Source: a virus (taxonomy: Duplodnaviria; Caudoviricetes). Taken from it: DNA of 64,000 bases. The translations under genes and the position numbers were made by a program. Below the pieces are notes generated by a model, which saw nothing but the letters and a program-made list of their open reading frames with translations, did no database searches and was not told the DNA's origin. Below, piece after piece: positions 19,044 to 27,582 of this stretch. Each line of letters begins with the position of its first letter. Position 1 is the stretch's first letter. The stretch lies in the IMG/VR virus record IMGVR_UViG_3300025011_000016; one strand, written 5' to 3'.

Positions 19044-19586
19044 TTAAACGACGCGTTCTTTAAGCCACTTCGGGCACTTGCTGCGTTTTTCAAGCAGGCT
19101 ATGGGCTTTCTTACTGACCTTAATGAGATCCTTAGTTTTGATATCACGGAATTCTCCAACCGAAGGGCCGAGATCTTTCAATGAGAGAGAGCCGATGAAA
19201 TCTTCTTTCGGAATGAAATCGAACTTCTTGCCAGCCGCAATATACTGGAATACCAGCTCGGAACATACTTCGTAAAGGCCGTCAACATTATGGATATCAT
19301 ATCCATCAACAACACGCTGAGCTTCTTGCTTGTCAACACCGAAGTCAACAAGGATAACCCGGAGCATATTCCGGAATTCTTTGATAGGTAGAACTTCCTT
19401 AGTAACCATAGCGCCATCTTTGGTGCCGACACTGTTAATAACGTAAGCTTCCTCGTTCAAAAACGCTGTAGCCAACTTATTGAAATCGGCCCGACTGAAT
19501 GATTTTACCGGCTTGTTCTTTTTTGACATCGATACGTTTGCTTTGATCTCATCAAAGACTTCCTGAAATGTTTTGACTGTACTCAT
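19044..19586 (-). CDS. Conserved jumbo-phage protein, probably highly expressed, possibly DNA-binding
   Basis: 180 aa with RBS aggagg and C-ending codon bias unlike neighbouring genes. Basic N- and C-termini. Confidence 0.7.
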   Translation of the reverse strand: MSTVKTFQEVFDEIKANVSMSKKNKPVKSFSRADFNKLATAFLNEEAYVINSVGTKDGAMVTKEVLPIKEFRNMLRVILVDFGVDKQEAQRVVDGYDIHNVDGLYEVCSELVFQYIAAGKKFDFIPKEDFIGSLSLKDLGPSVGEFRDIKTKDLIKVSKKAHSLLEKRSKCPKWLKERVV

Positions 19587-19639
19587 GATAACATTACCTC
19601 CTACTAATTTAATTAATAATAAGTTTAACGTGTAAGTTT

Positions 19640-19807
19640 TTACACGTTAATATTAATCACCATTTTACCATCAGTTTGTTCATCTTTGTCTTTATTCTTA
19701 CCATGTTTCTTTTTACCCTTCTTCATGGCCACTTTATGACCTAAATTCTTAAGGGTATCAAATACATCATCTATAACAAATTCATCAATATTTATTTTAC
19801 TACCCAT
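19640..19807 (-). CDS. Small Lys-rich protein (55 aa), absent from the ORF track
   Basis: MGSKINIDEF...KKGKKKHGKNKDK. RBS ggaggtg and late promoter at 19824-19835. Confidence 0.65.
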   Translation of the reverse strand: MGSKINIDEFVIDDVFDTLKNLGHKVAMKKGKKKHGKNKDKDEQTDGKMVININV

Positions 19808-19823
19808 ATGCCTCACCTCCTCT

Positions 19824-19835
19824 TAAACATTTGTT
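19824..19835 (-). promoter_or_regulatory. Late promoter motif AACA-N6-TA
   Basis: Minus strand reads aaca-aatgtt-ta. Confidence 0.65.
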
Positions 19836-19932
19836 ATGTAGTTAGTAGAATAATATATATTTATAATAGTATATTAATTTTATATGATCCTAAATTTAAA
19901 TATGAATAAATAGTAATTTAAAACTATATATT

Positions 19933-19943
19933 TATATATTATA
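19933..19943 (+). promoter_or_regulatory. Early promoter motif TATATATTATA
   Basis: The same 11-mer precedes several + strand accessory operons (30613, 33091, 33777, 34543, 36478). Confidence 0.6.
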
Positions 19944-20091
19944 AAAGTGAAGACTATGCGAATATAAAAGAGGGAGATTCTGGCGGATATCCGCCAGCCC
20001 TATTCGCTTTTTGGATCATAATGATTTTGAATTATATATTATCTTATTAGTTAGAGTACATATTATAAAGAGAAAGAGGAGTGTGGTAATA

Positions 20092-20883
20092 ATGTTATTA
20101 TTATTTAAAGAGAGTGAACGAGGTCTATTTTCTAAAATCAACAATCGGGGTAAAATCGTTAAACCGGCAACTAATTCAGGTATAACTAAACCTGGCTATG
20201 CCTTAGTAGATAAACTAGATGAGAAGGAAAGGACTATTTTTGCATCCGGAAATAGTTTAGTTTTCGATCCATTACCTGTTATTGACGAGAAATTTATCAT
20301 AGAGACTTTTAAGTTCCATTCTCAGGGGCATATTGTAAATAAGATTCTTCTGGCTGATGGAATAACTGAGGCTATACGATTTACAGGGAAATCCGAAGTT
20401 ATTGGATTCGTTAATAATGAAATGTTAACCCTCGATTATACTGATGAATCTACTCAATATAAAGTAATCGGCGACATAACAGATCAATACGAAATCATCT
20501 ATGATTCAATAGTTCCGTATCTGAATAACTACTACTATCAATCGGTTGATATTGATGACTTTAAGTTTACACTATCTAAACTTGCGCCCAGTATTATTCA
20601 TTCCGACTATTCGATACTTATCCCCTGTAATATATATGGGGGACTGCATTATAGTATTGGAAAATGGATGTTTCCTGTTTGTATCGATTCAAACAAAGTT
20701 AATATCTTAGCATTGACTAATTTATCTGAAATTTTAAAAGAAATCAAAATTCATAATACTATGATCCTGAATACCTGGAAAAAGTATGGTTTCGATATAT
20801 GTAATAAAAATATGCGTATATTTTCTGACATACTAAACCGGTTAAAAATACTCTCTGGAATTCAAGAATTAAAGGAGAAGTGA
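20092..20883 (+). CDS. Hypothetical protein
   Basis: ATG at 20092 with RBS gaggag is preferred over the TTG at 20011. Confidence 0.65.
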   Translation: MLLLFKESERGLFSKINNRGKIVKPATNSGITKPGYALVDKLDEKERTIFASGNSLVFDPLPVIDEKFIIETFKFHSQGHIVNKILLADGITEAIRFTGKSEVIGFVNNEMLTLDYTDESTQYKVIGDITDQYEIIYDSIVPYLNNYYYQSVDIDDFKFTLSKLAPSIIHSDYSILIPCNIYGGLHYSIGKWMFPVCIDSNKVNILALTNLSEILKEIKIHNTMILNTWKKYGFDICNKNMRIFSDILNRLKILSGIQELKEK

Positions 20884-20890
20884 TAATGAA

Positions 20891-21322
20891 ATGAAATTAA
20901 TTAAATTTGTTAAAGAATGTACTCAAGAGGATGTAGTCAAATACTTCGTGGAACGAAACGATGGTAAATTTGACTATATTAAATGTAATGTATCCAAAGA
21001 AGGAGTTGTAAAGAAAAGTAAATATCTTGCTGAAGGATTAAGCCAGTCTAGTGTTGGTATCGAAATAAGACACGGGCTTTTAAACCGAGGTTATACTGAA
21101 ATTATATCAGCTAATATGACTGGTGATGCGTCGATGTTACTTGGACTATGTAATGTCCCTCATATTAATATGAAACCAGAATATTTCCTTCCTGAGGTGC
21201 TTATATCTTCTGTGAAAAAGAAATATACACCGGTTATTCATTTAACTTTACCTTCAAAAACGTTGGAGAAAAACTCTATACCATGTCATCCAAAAGAAAT
21301 GAAAAATGAGGAGGATATTTAA
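20891..21322 (+). CDS. Hypothetical protein
   Basis: 143-aa ORF with RBS aaggag, in an operon. Confidence 0.65.
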   Translation: MKLIKFVKECTQEDVVKYFVERNDGKFDYIKCNVSKEGVVKKSKYLAEGLSQSSVGIEIRHGLLNRGYTEIISANMTGDASMLLGLCNVPHINMKPEYFLPEVLISSVKKKYTPVIHLTLPSKTLEKNSIPCHPKEMKNEEDI

Positions 21323-21323
21323 A

Positions 21324-21659
21324 ATGAAACTAATCCCAGCTTATGATTGGACTATTGTTGAAAATGTATTACTCGAAGAAGATGCCCGAACTAATTATAT
21401 AAAGAACACTACGGTTGCAACTAGTTTAAAAGAAGTTAGAAAAGTCTTAAAGAATTATTCAAGAAATAATATCTCAATGCATACTAGAGGATTTATAGAC
21501 CTCTATTTAGATAATATGTCGTTATTATCTAAAACCCAAATTGTTAATGATGGAAGTTACAGGAATTTCGTATTGGGTGTGCGGCCCGATAGAATTCAAG
21601 AAACTGGTTGCATTAAATCAGGATTTCCTATGTATAACTATCAAGAAGTATTAACCTAG
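21324..21659 (+). CDS. Hypothetical protein, paralog of 21830..22354
   Basis: Shares MKLIPA and K(T/I)QI(V/C)NDGSY with the next gene. RBS gaggagg. Confidence 0.6.
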   Translation: MKLIPAYDWTIVENVLLEEDARTNYIKNTTVATSLKEVRKVLKNYSRNNISMHTRGFIDLYLDNMSLLSKTQIVNDGSYRNFVLGVRPDRIQETGCIKSGFPMYNYQEVLT

Positions 21660-21829
21660 ATATCTTGCTAGTGCTGAAGTGATATTTCTAAATTTAACGA
21701 TGGAACGGTGGAGTGATATCTTACGAGATAAAGGTAGGGGTTGTAATAAGGCTTATCTATTTATGCTTCCAGAGGATAAGATTGCAGCCATAATTAATTC
21801 TCGATAAAGAAAGGGGTGTTGGATACCAT

Positions 21830-22354
21830 ATGAAAAAGAAATTAATACCAGCCGTTTGTGAAACTAACTTATTCAAACGGCCATTTTCAGTTGAAGAACA
21901 AATTGATATTCAACGGAAAAATACCCGTAAATTCTCTAGGAGAGATACCGTGAAGATAATTCTATCATTTCTAGAACGTAATGTCATAACCGATATTGAC
22001 AGAGAAATATTTAATAAAATTCTTGGGGATACTAAAATACTAGATAAGATTCAAATTTGTAATGATGGTTCATATCTTAATGGGAGAATTTACTATAAAT
22101 TGGATATTAACGGACCATCTAATAATAGTAACATTATTGTCGATGGGGACTATTGGTATCGATCATCTATACAACCGGATATAATTACTAAACTCAATTT
22201 TATGAAAAATAACTTTGAAGTAATATATCTACAGTGTATAAGTCATTTTAGATCTTTCTTTGAACTCAGAATGCATGAATTCATTCCGTCATGCCCAGAT
22301 CATGAAATAATTACACATGTATCATTTGAACGTAACTATAAAAAGGTAACATAA
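21830..22354 (+). CDS. Hypothetical protein, paralog of 21324..21659
   Basis: KKLIPA and KIQICNDGSY. RBS aaagggg. Confidence 0.65.
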   Translation: MKKKLIPAVCETNLFKRPFSVEEQIDIQRKNTRKFSRRDTVKIILSFLERNVITDIDREIFNKILGDTKILDKIQICNDGSYLNGRIYYKLDINGPSNNSNIIVDGDYWYRSSIQPDIITKLNFMKNNFEVIYLQCISHFRSFFELRMHEFIPSCPDHEIITHVSFERNYKKVT

Positions 22355-22358
22355 CCTT

Positions 22359-22397
22359 AAAAATAATAGACTAGCTTAATTGCTAGTCTATTATTTT
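22359..22397. terminator. Bidirectional terminator
   Basis: aaaataatagactagc-ttaatt-gctagtctattatttt between convergent genes. Confidence 0.85.
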
Positions 22398-22406
22398 TTT
22401 TAAAGT

Positions 22407-22791
22407 TTATCCACCATGATGAATATCGTCATAAACATCACCTGGAATTGTCAATATTTCATCAGGCATAATATCAGTAACAGCTATTAAATCATCACCG
22501 ACTAATTGACAATTTGGATTTTGATCATATTGAATATGCAAACCTAAATAATTTACCCAATGATTTACATATAAGGGACTTACTATTTCACCAGAATTTA
22601 TTTTTTTACTAGTATAGAATGTCATTTTCCCATCTTCATCCCATTTACTATATATTGAATTCGGAAGTGATTCTACACCAACACCTTCTTTGATAGGTTC
22701 CCATGGTTTATTAGTATAAATTTCTTGCAATTTTCTTTTTAATTCAATTAAGACTTTATTGCCAAACATGGTTAATAGAATACTAGGAGTC
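22407..22791 (-). CDS. rpoB: RNAP beta subunit exon 7 (C-terminus with SET-like extension)
   Basis: Completes AT|G and continues TPSILLTMFGNKVLIELKRKLQEIY, in frame with the ORF 22407..22769. Confidence 0.8.
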
Positions 22792-23068
22792 CAATAATGT
22801 TAATAATATTCGTTAAATATTATAAAGGATAAAATCCTTTCTCTATCTTTCAATAGAAGTTCAGACTATTTCATCATCTCATTAGAGATGCTTCTTATTT
22901 TGATTCACACTTGTAAATCTAAGAACTCTACCGTTCTAGTCGTTGAACCTTATTCTTTTGTAAGAATATTGGCTGCGGATTGTCCAATCTATATTAGTAA
23001 AGCCCTAAGAAGTTTCCCGCAATTAAAGAAGTTTGCATTATATATCACTATACAATGGGACGAATTCC
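22792..23068 (-). ncRNA. Group I intron 6 (277 nt, no ORF)
   Basis: 5' exon ends in U with P1 aggau/guccc. Contains aauccgcagcc, guucaacgacuag and gaaauagucu core elements and ends in G. Confidence 0.88.
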
Positions 23069-23202
23069 ATCCTCGCTAAAATTGAGCCCGGTGCTATGGT
23101 GGAACTTATTTCTTCATTAGGCCGAGATAAGGCGTATGGTTCAAAACCTTCCTCGACCACCTCCCCTATGATAGACTTGAGAGCGGTGAAATAGACAATC
23201 TT
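23069..23202 (-). CDS. rpoB: RNAP beta subunit exon 6 (134 nt)
   Basis: KIVYFTALKSIIGEVVEEGFEPY...GSILAR. Joins GD|K upstream and RM|T downstream. Confidence 0.85.
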
Positions 23203-24422
23203 CTTTATATTCATACATGTCCATAAGCATGTATAAGTTCACATATGGAACTTCCCTAAGTTTCCTTAGGATACTAGACTATATCTTCATCTCTTAATAA
23301 GGTAATTACTTCTTAGATAGAGATGCTTCTTATTTCGATTTAAGGGGATTTCACCCACCCATTTAGGCCCTACTCCTATTGTGTATTTCAACACTAAAGG
23401 ATAGTCGTTGAACGATATGTTGTAAGACATTCTTTATATATACCTTTATATAATTTACCCTGGTTTAATTTTTTTAACATATTTTTTAATTTTTTTGAAT
23501 CATAATCAAATTTAGGTAATATATCTTTTATACGTATACCTTGAATCAACATATTACTCATCTCAATAATATCTTCTTTACTATAAGTTTTATAATATAT
23601 TTTATCATTATCCCATACATACAAATCACTTATAGCTCTCCAACTTTTTCTATGTTTAATTTCAGATAACATAGATAATATATTCGGTCTATCTTCCCAA
23701 TGAAATATATTAATTATTTTTGTTAAACTATATCCCAATACAAAGTATTTACATATTTGATGTACTTCATCGTTTGTAAAGAATGCTTTAAAGTGTCTGT
23801 CACAATTCTCATAAAGGTTATTCTTAGCGGCGTGTGCCTTATTTTCATTAGCAGTCACCCATTCTAAATTATCAACCCTATTATTTAATTTATTACCATC
23901 TATATGATTAGCCTCTAACTCTTCTATAATATTATTGGGTAATGGATTAAAATGGATCAATACCAAACGTTGAACTGAAAATTTTTTGTACTTCTTATTA
24001 TCTACCTCTAAAGCAACACGACAATATCCTTTTTCATTACCGGGGTTATTAAATCCTAATATTTTATTTCGTTCAATGTTCTTTACCCTACCATGATCAC
24101 TAATCATATACTTAGGTTTGATATTTTTATACACTATATCTTTCCATTGCTCATGGTCAGTTACAATATTTATAAATAATTTCATAGAAACACCTCTTTA
24201 ATTTTTATATTAGATATACGTTTAGCCATATATTATTAGTTATTTTTCTTACAACACATTCGCTGCGGATCATCCAATCTTTATCATTATTACTTATACT
24301 AGGTTAATTACTCCCAGTCATTAATATAAAATTAATTAGTAGATAGAGCAATAAGGATATCCCCGCAATTAAAGAAGTTTTTTACTAATATATCACTATA
24401 CTAGGGAGACAAACTGTATGTA
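23203..24422 (-). mobile_element. Group I intron 5 (1,220 nt) with homing endonuclease
   Basis: P1 ggagau/gucucc, core elements, terminal G at 23203. The stem arms 23415-23427 and 24247-24259 enclose the HNH ORF. Confidence 0.9.
23394..24185 (-). CDS. NUMOD4-HNH homing endonuclease
   Basis: WKDI...YMISDHGRVKN (NUMOD4) and NHIDGNKLNN...NLEWVT..EN..H (HNH). The stop codon lies in the intron core. Confidence 0.88.
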   Translation of the reverse strand: MKLFINIVTDHEQWKDIVYKNIKPKYMISDHGRVKNIERNKILGFNNPGNEKGYCRVALEVDNKKYKKFSVQRLVLIHFNPLPNNIIEELEANHIDGNKLNNRVDNLEWVTANENKAHAAKNNLYENCDRHFKAFFTNDEVHQICKYFVLGYSLTKIINIFHWEDRPNILSMLSEIKHRKSWRAISDLYVWDNDKIYYKTYSKEDIIEMSNMLIQGIRIKDILPKFDYDSKKLKNMLKKLNQGKLYKGIYKECLTTYRSTTIL

Positions 24423-25148
24423 ATCTCCAATCCCGAGCACGTCATTATACTTAATATAAAATTCAAATAAAACTCCTTGGTCCACTACAGTACCTTTAAC
24501 TTTACCATCCTTAGATTCGATTTTTTTAGTGGGTTCGTTCATCATAATGCCACATTTATATATAGAATCCCCTTTATCATATTTATTGAGAACATTTTTC
24601 TTCTTATTTATTCTAGTATAATAATCAGATACAATTTTTCTCAATGAGGGACTTAACTCTTCTAGTTCAACCGTAGTGTAGATCTTGATATCTACAATCT
24701 CACCAGAATACTTAGTTTTAATAGGCGTTTTCCCTAATGATTTAATATCTTCTCGTAATTCCTTACCAATAGAATCTAAAAATTTATTTAATGAGTTGTC
24801 ATCAAAAGAAACTTCGAACCGGATAAGTTCATCTGAAACTTGAACTTTCTGCCCTATCTCAACCATATAGTCAACATTCGCATTTAAACCTAGAGCAACA
24901 GTTTTTTCCATAACAATGTCTGCCGCCATTTCTCTACCCAATTTCTTTGTTATAAAAGCAGAATCTTCAAAGGTAGAATATGTTGATAAACATGCAACTT
25001 TTTGTAATGATCCAATATTAAATCTATTACCAGTTATTTTACTATCAGTAAAGAATTTACTATCCGATGCAAGTATATCTTTTTGTTTAAATTTTTGACC
25101 TTTAACTAGATTACATGTTAATTTATTTGATAGATAGAAACCCCCAGC
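24423..25148 (-). CDS. rpoB: RNAP beta subunit exon 5 (726 nt)
   Basis: AGGFYLSNKL...YSTFEDSAFIT...TKYSGEIVDIKIY...VLGIGD. Matches beta-subunit regions (ED and GDK motifs). Confidence 0.88.
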
Positions 25149-25329
25149 CATTATATTCATATAGATTATAAACCTATACAGTTCTCAAATGAACTTCCCT
25201 AATGTTAATTAGGATACTAGACTATATCTTCATCTTATAAAGATGATCCCTATTTCGATATATAAATATATCTACGAGTTCTCACTCTAGTCGTTGAACC
25301 TGTCTTATAGTAATATAGAAGATTATAAG

Positions 25330-25340
25330 TATATATTATA
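25330..25340 (+). promoter_or_regulatory. Early promoter motif TATATATTATA inside intron 4
   Basis: Exact match to the motif upstream of the early operons. Confidence 0.6.
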
Positions 25341-25377
25341 TTAATAGATAATAAAATAAAGGAGCCAAATAATTACT

Positions 25378-25440
25378 ATGTTCCACGTTATTATATTCTT
25401 TATGTTGCTTCGTATTCTCAGTCGTTTAGGTAAAAAATAA
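25378..25440 (+). CDS. 20-aa peptide MFHVIIFFMLLRILSRLGKK inside intron 4, antisense
   Basis: RBS aaaggag upstream. Hydrophobic segment with a basic tail. Too short to be sure it is translated. Confidence 0.35.
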   Translation: MFHVIIFFMLLRILSRLGKK

Positions 25441-25457
25441 TTAGGGAGTGTTTTACT

Positions 25458-25823
25458 ATGATTACACCAAAGGATATTTTAATGAACTTAATTCAAACTG
25501 CACAAGACGATGAATTATTTCAAGAAAATGCCATTGAGTTAACCAACAGATTTTTCTATAATCGATTTCTTAGTGTCTTAAAACAATATAACGGTGATGA
25601 GGCTAAGGCATATGACGCCTTCATCGTAAAAAAGAATCTATATCTCTTCAATTTATATATTGAGGAGTTCATTGATTTACAGCGTTCCACTTATCAATCT
25701 ATGTATCCATCACAATGGACTGAGAATCCATATAATATGGTTTTACGTAAAGAACTCAGACAGATTCATCATTATCTATGTGCCGACCCAAGAATACTTG
25801 ACATGCCATCATATCACGGATAA
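25458..25823 (+). CDS. Unknown 121-aa protein inside intron 4, antisense
   Basis: RBS agggag. No HNH, GIY-YIG or LAGLIDADG motif seen. Confidence 0.7.
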   Translation: MITPKDILMNLIQTAQDDELFQENAIELTNRFFYNRFLSVLKQYNGDEAKAYDAFIVKKNLYLFNLYIEEFIDLQRSTYQSMYPSQWTENPYNMVLRKELRQIHHYLCADPRILDMPSYHG

Positions 25824-25983
25824 TCTATTAATACTATATGGGTGATTTTATATCACCTCTCTTTTTTTACTATAAGACTTGGCTGCGGATTGTCCAATCT
25901 TTATTATATAAAGCTCTAAGGAGTTTCCCGACAATTAAAGGATATTCTTTATACATTCACACATATAAAGGGCATTTTAGTTT

Positions 25984-26215
25984 ACCATTTTTAACTACTT
26001 TAGTTGAAGTATCAATAGCTTGTATAGAATTGTCTTTATATCTAATAATAGTTAAACCATTAGCATCATTAACTTCTTCTACAATACCATCTTGTTTCGC
26101 CACAATAACGAAGTCATTTGATAAATGATATTGAATAACTTGTTCCGCACCATTAGATATTAAAACAGGTGATGATTTTACAATAGGTATGATATGCTTC
26201 GATTGTTTACTGGCC
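25984..26215 (-). CDS. rpoB: RNAP beta subunit exon 4 (232 nt)
   Basis: (M)ASKQSKHIIPIVKSSPVLISNGAE...FVIVAKQDGIV...VVKNG. Confidence 0.88.
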
Positions 26216-26503
26216 CTTTCATGCACATGAGTTATTAGCACATGCAGTTCTCTTACGAACTTCCCTAACTTTCATTAGGATAATAGACTATATCTTCGTC
26301 CTTTATTTTTTTTATATAAAGGAGTTTCTTATTTCGATACATAAAGTATCTACGAGTTCACACTCTAGTCGTTGAACCTTCCTCTTATAAAGAGACTTGG
26401 CTGCGGATTGTCCAATCTTTATCTTATAAAGCTCTAAGGAGTTTCCCGTCAATTAAAGAAATGACTTTAAATATATTACTATACTTATGCGACAGTATTA
26501 TTC
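26216..26503 (-). ncRNA. Group I intron 3 (288 nt, no ORF)
   Basis: Perfect P1 ugcgau/gucgca, core elements, terminal G at 26216. Confidence 0.9.
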
Positions 26504-26523
26504 ATCGCAGTTCTTGTACTATC
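26504..26523 (-). CDS. rpoB: RNAP beta subunit exon 3 (20-nt micro-exon)
   Basis: gat agt aca aga act gcg at = DSTRTA(M), restoring RD-DSTRTAM-ASKQ. Confidence 0.85.
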
Positions 26524-27298
26524 CGTAACCATTCATGTTTCCATAAATGACAGACTATATCTTCATCTACATAGTTACATGTTTAGATGTCCTCCATTTC
26601 GGCTTATAAATAAACCTACGAGTTTACACTCTAGTCGTTGAACCTTTCTCTATAAAAAATAGTAATATCATACTCTGAATTTATATATCATATACTTGAA
26701 TATAATAAAATAATGGAGTTGAATTGATATGATATGATAATAAATGATATCCATAATATAACAGACTTCGATCAGTATATAGAATTCTATACTCAATTAA
26801 CTAATACATATGGTAAACTAAATCATTATATCTCCAAAATATTTGAAAGGCGTGGAAATATCAGTATTGACCATCTACCAATTAAATCACATAAACTTAA
26901 ACTCGGTACTCTTTTATATCATGTATCCGAAACTAAATATGATTTTTTAAAATCATCATTTAAAAGTAGAGATGAATTTTTATACTCTGAAAATAGAATA
27001 TATTTTACTACAGACATCGAATCATTAGAGCCACATTTTAAAAAGTATCGATATGTCTATATGTATGTAGTTACAGGTAATGAAAATACATTTATCGACT
27101 ATGAGTATAATAATAACAAATCATTCTATATATCTAATGATAAACCATTTGAAATTAAAGAGGTTCAACTTCTTTAATTTTTTTATAGAGACTTGGCTGC
27201 GGATTGCCCAATCTTTATATTATAAAGCTCTAAGGGGTTCCCCGACAATTAAAAGGATTCTTATTATGTATTTCTACATAAAGGGACAATAGTAATTT
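26524..27298 (-). ncRNA. Group I intron 2 (775 nt) carrying an antisense cargo gene
   Basis: P1 gggau/guccc, core elements, terminal G at 26524. A perfect 13-bp stem (26647-26659 / 27179-27191) encloses a + strand ORF. Confidence 0.88.
26734..27177 (+). CDS. 147-aa protein inside intron 2, antisense, possible ADP-ribosyltransferase-like fold
   Basis: RBS tggag and promoter-like tatatatcata at 26682-26692. LYHVS...RIYFTTD pattern. No homing-nuclease motif. Confidence 0.65.
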   Translation: MIINDIHNITDFDQYIEFYTQLTNTYGKLNHYISKIFERRGNISIDHLPIKSHKLKLGTLLYHVSETKYDFLKSSFKSRDEFLYSENRIYFTTDIESLEPHFKKYRYVYMYVVTGNENTFIDYEYNNNKSFYISNDKPFEIKEVQLL

Positions 27299-27582
27299 AT
27301 CCCGTGTTACACCCAATGGTGATAATAATTCAGCAGGAGAAAATAAATTTGAATCTTTTAATTTATCCAATTGATCATTCTTTATGTCAATATAACCCCT
27401 CGGACTAACTATATTAGGTTCTAATGTTAACTGTCTAACGATACCACAGTTTGCGTCGGGTGACGTTGATATTGCTATAATACCTAACATAGTTTCATCA
27501 TACGCTCTCTTATCTTGGGTATAAGCGTTATCTTCGTTCATCCCACTAAATCCCTTTTGGGATATCACACGACCTTTTTCCA
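27299..27582 (-). CDS. rpoB: RNAP beta subunit exon 2 (284 nt)
   Basis: (L)EKGRVISQKGFSGMN...DKRAYD...STSPDANCGIVRQLT...ELLSPLGVTRD. Confidence 0.88.

Larger units (their letters stand above)
25149..25983 (-). ncRNA. Group I intron 4 (835 nt) carrying antisense cargo genes
   Basis: P1 aaauggu/gcccuuu, core elements, terminal G at 25149. A perfect 12-bp stem (25302-25313 / 25867-25878) encloses + strand ORFs. Confidence 0.88.

Noticed and set aside
22888-23079. + strand ORFs over intron cores (22888..23079, 25838..26128, 27080..27292)
   Set aside because: They are translations of conserved intron sequence read antisense (shared LRIVQSL..KALRSFP), unlike the cargo ORFs confined to loops.
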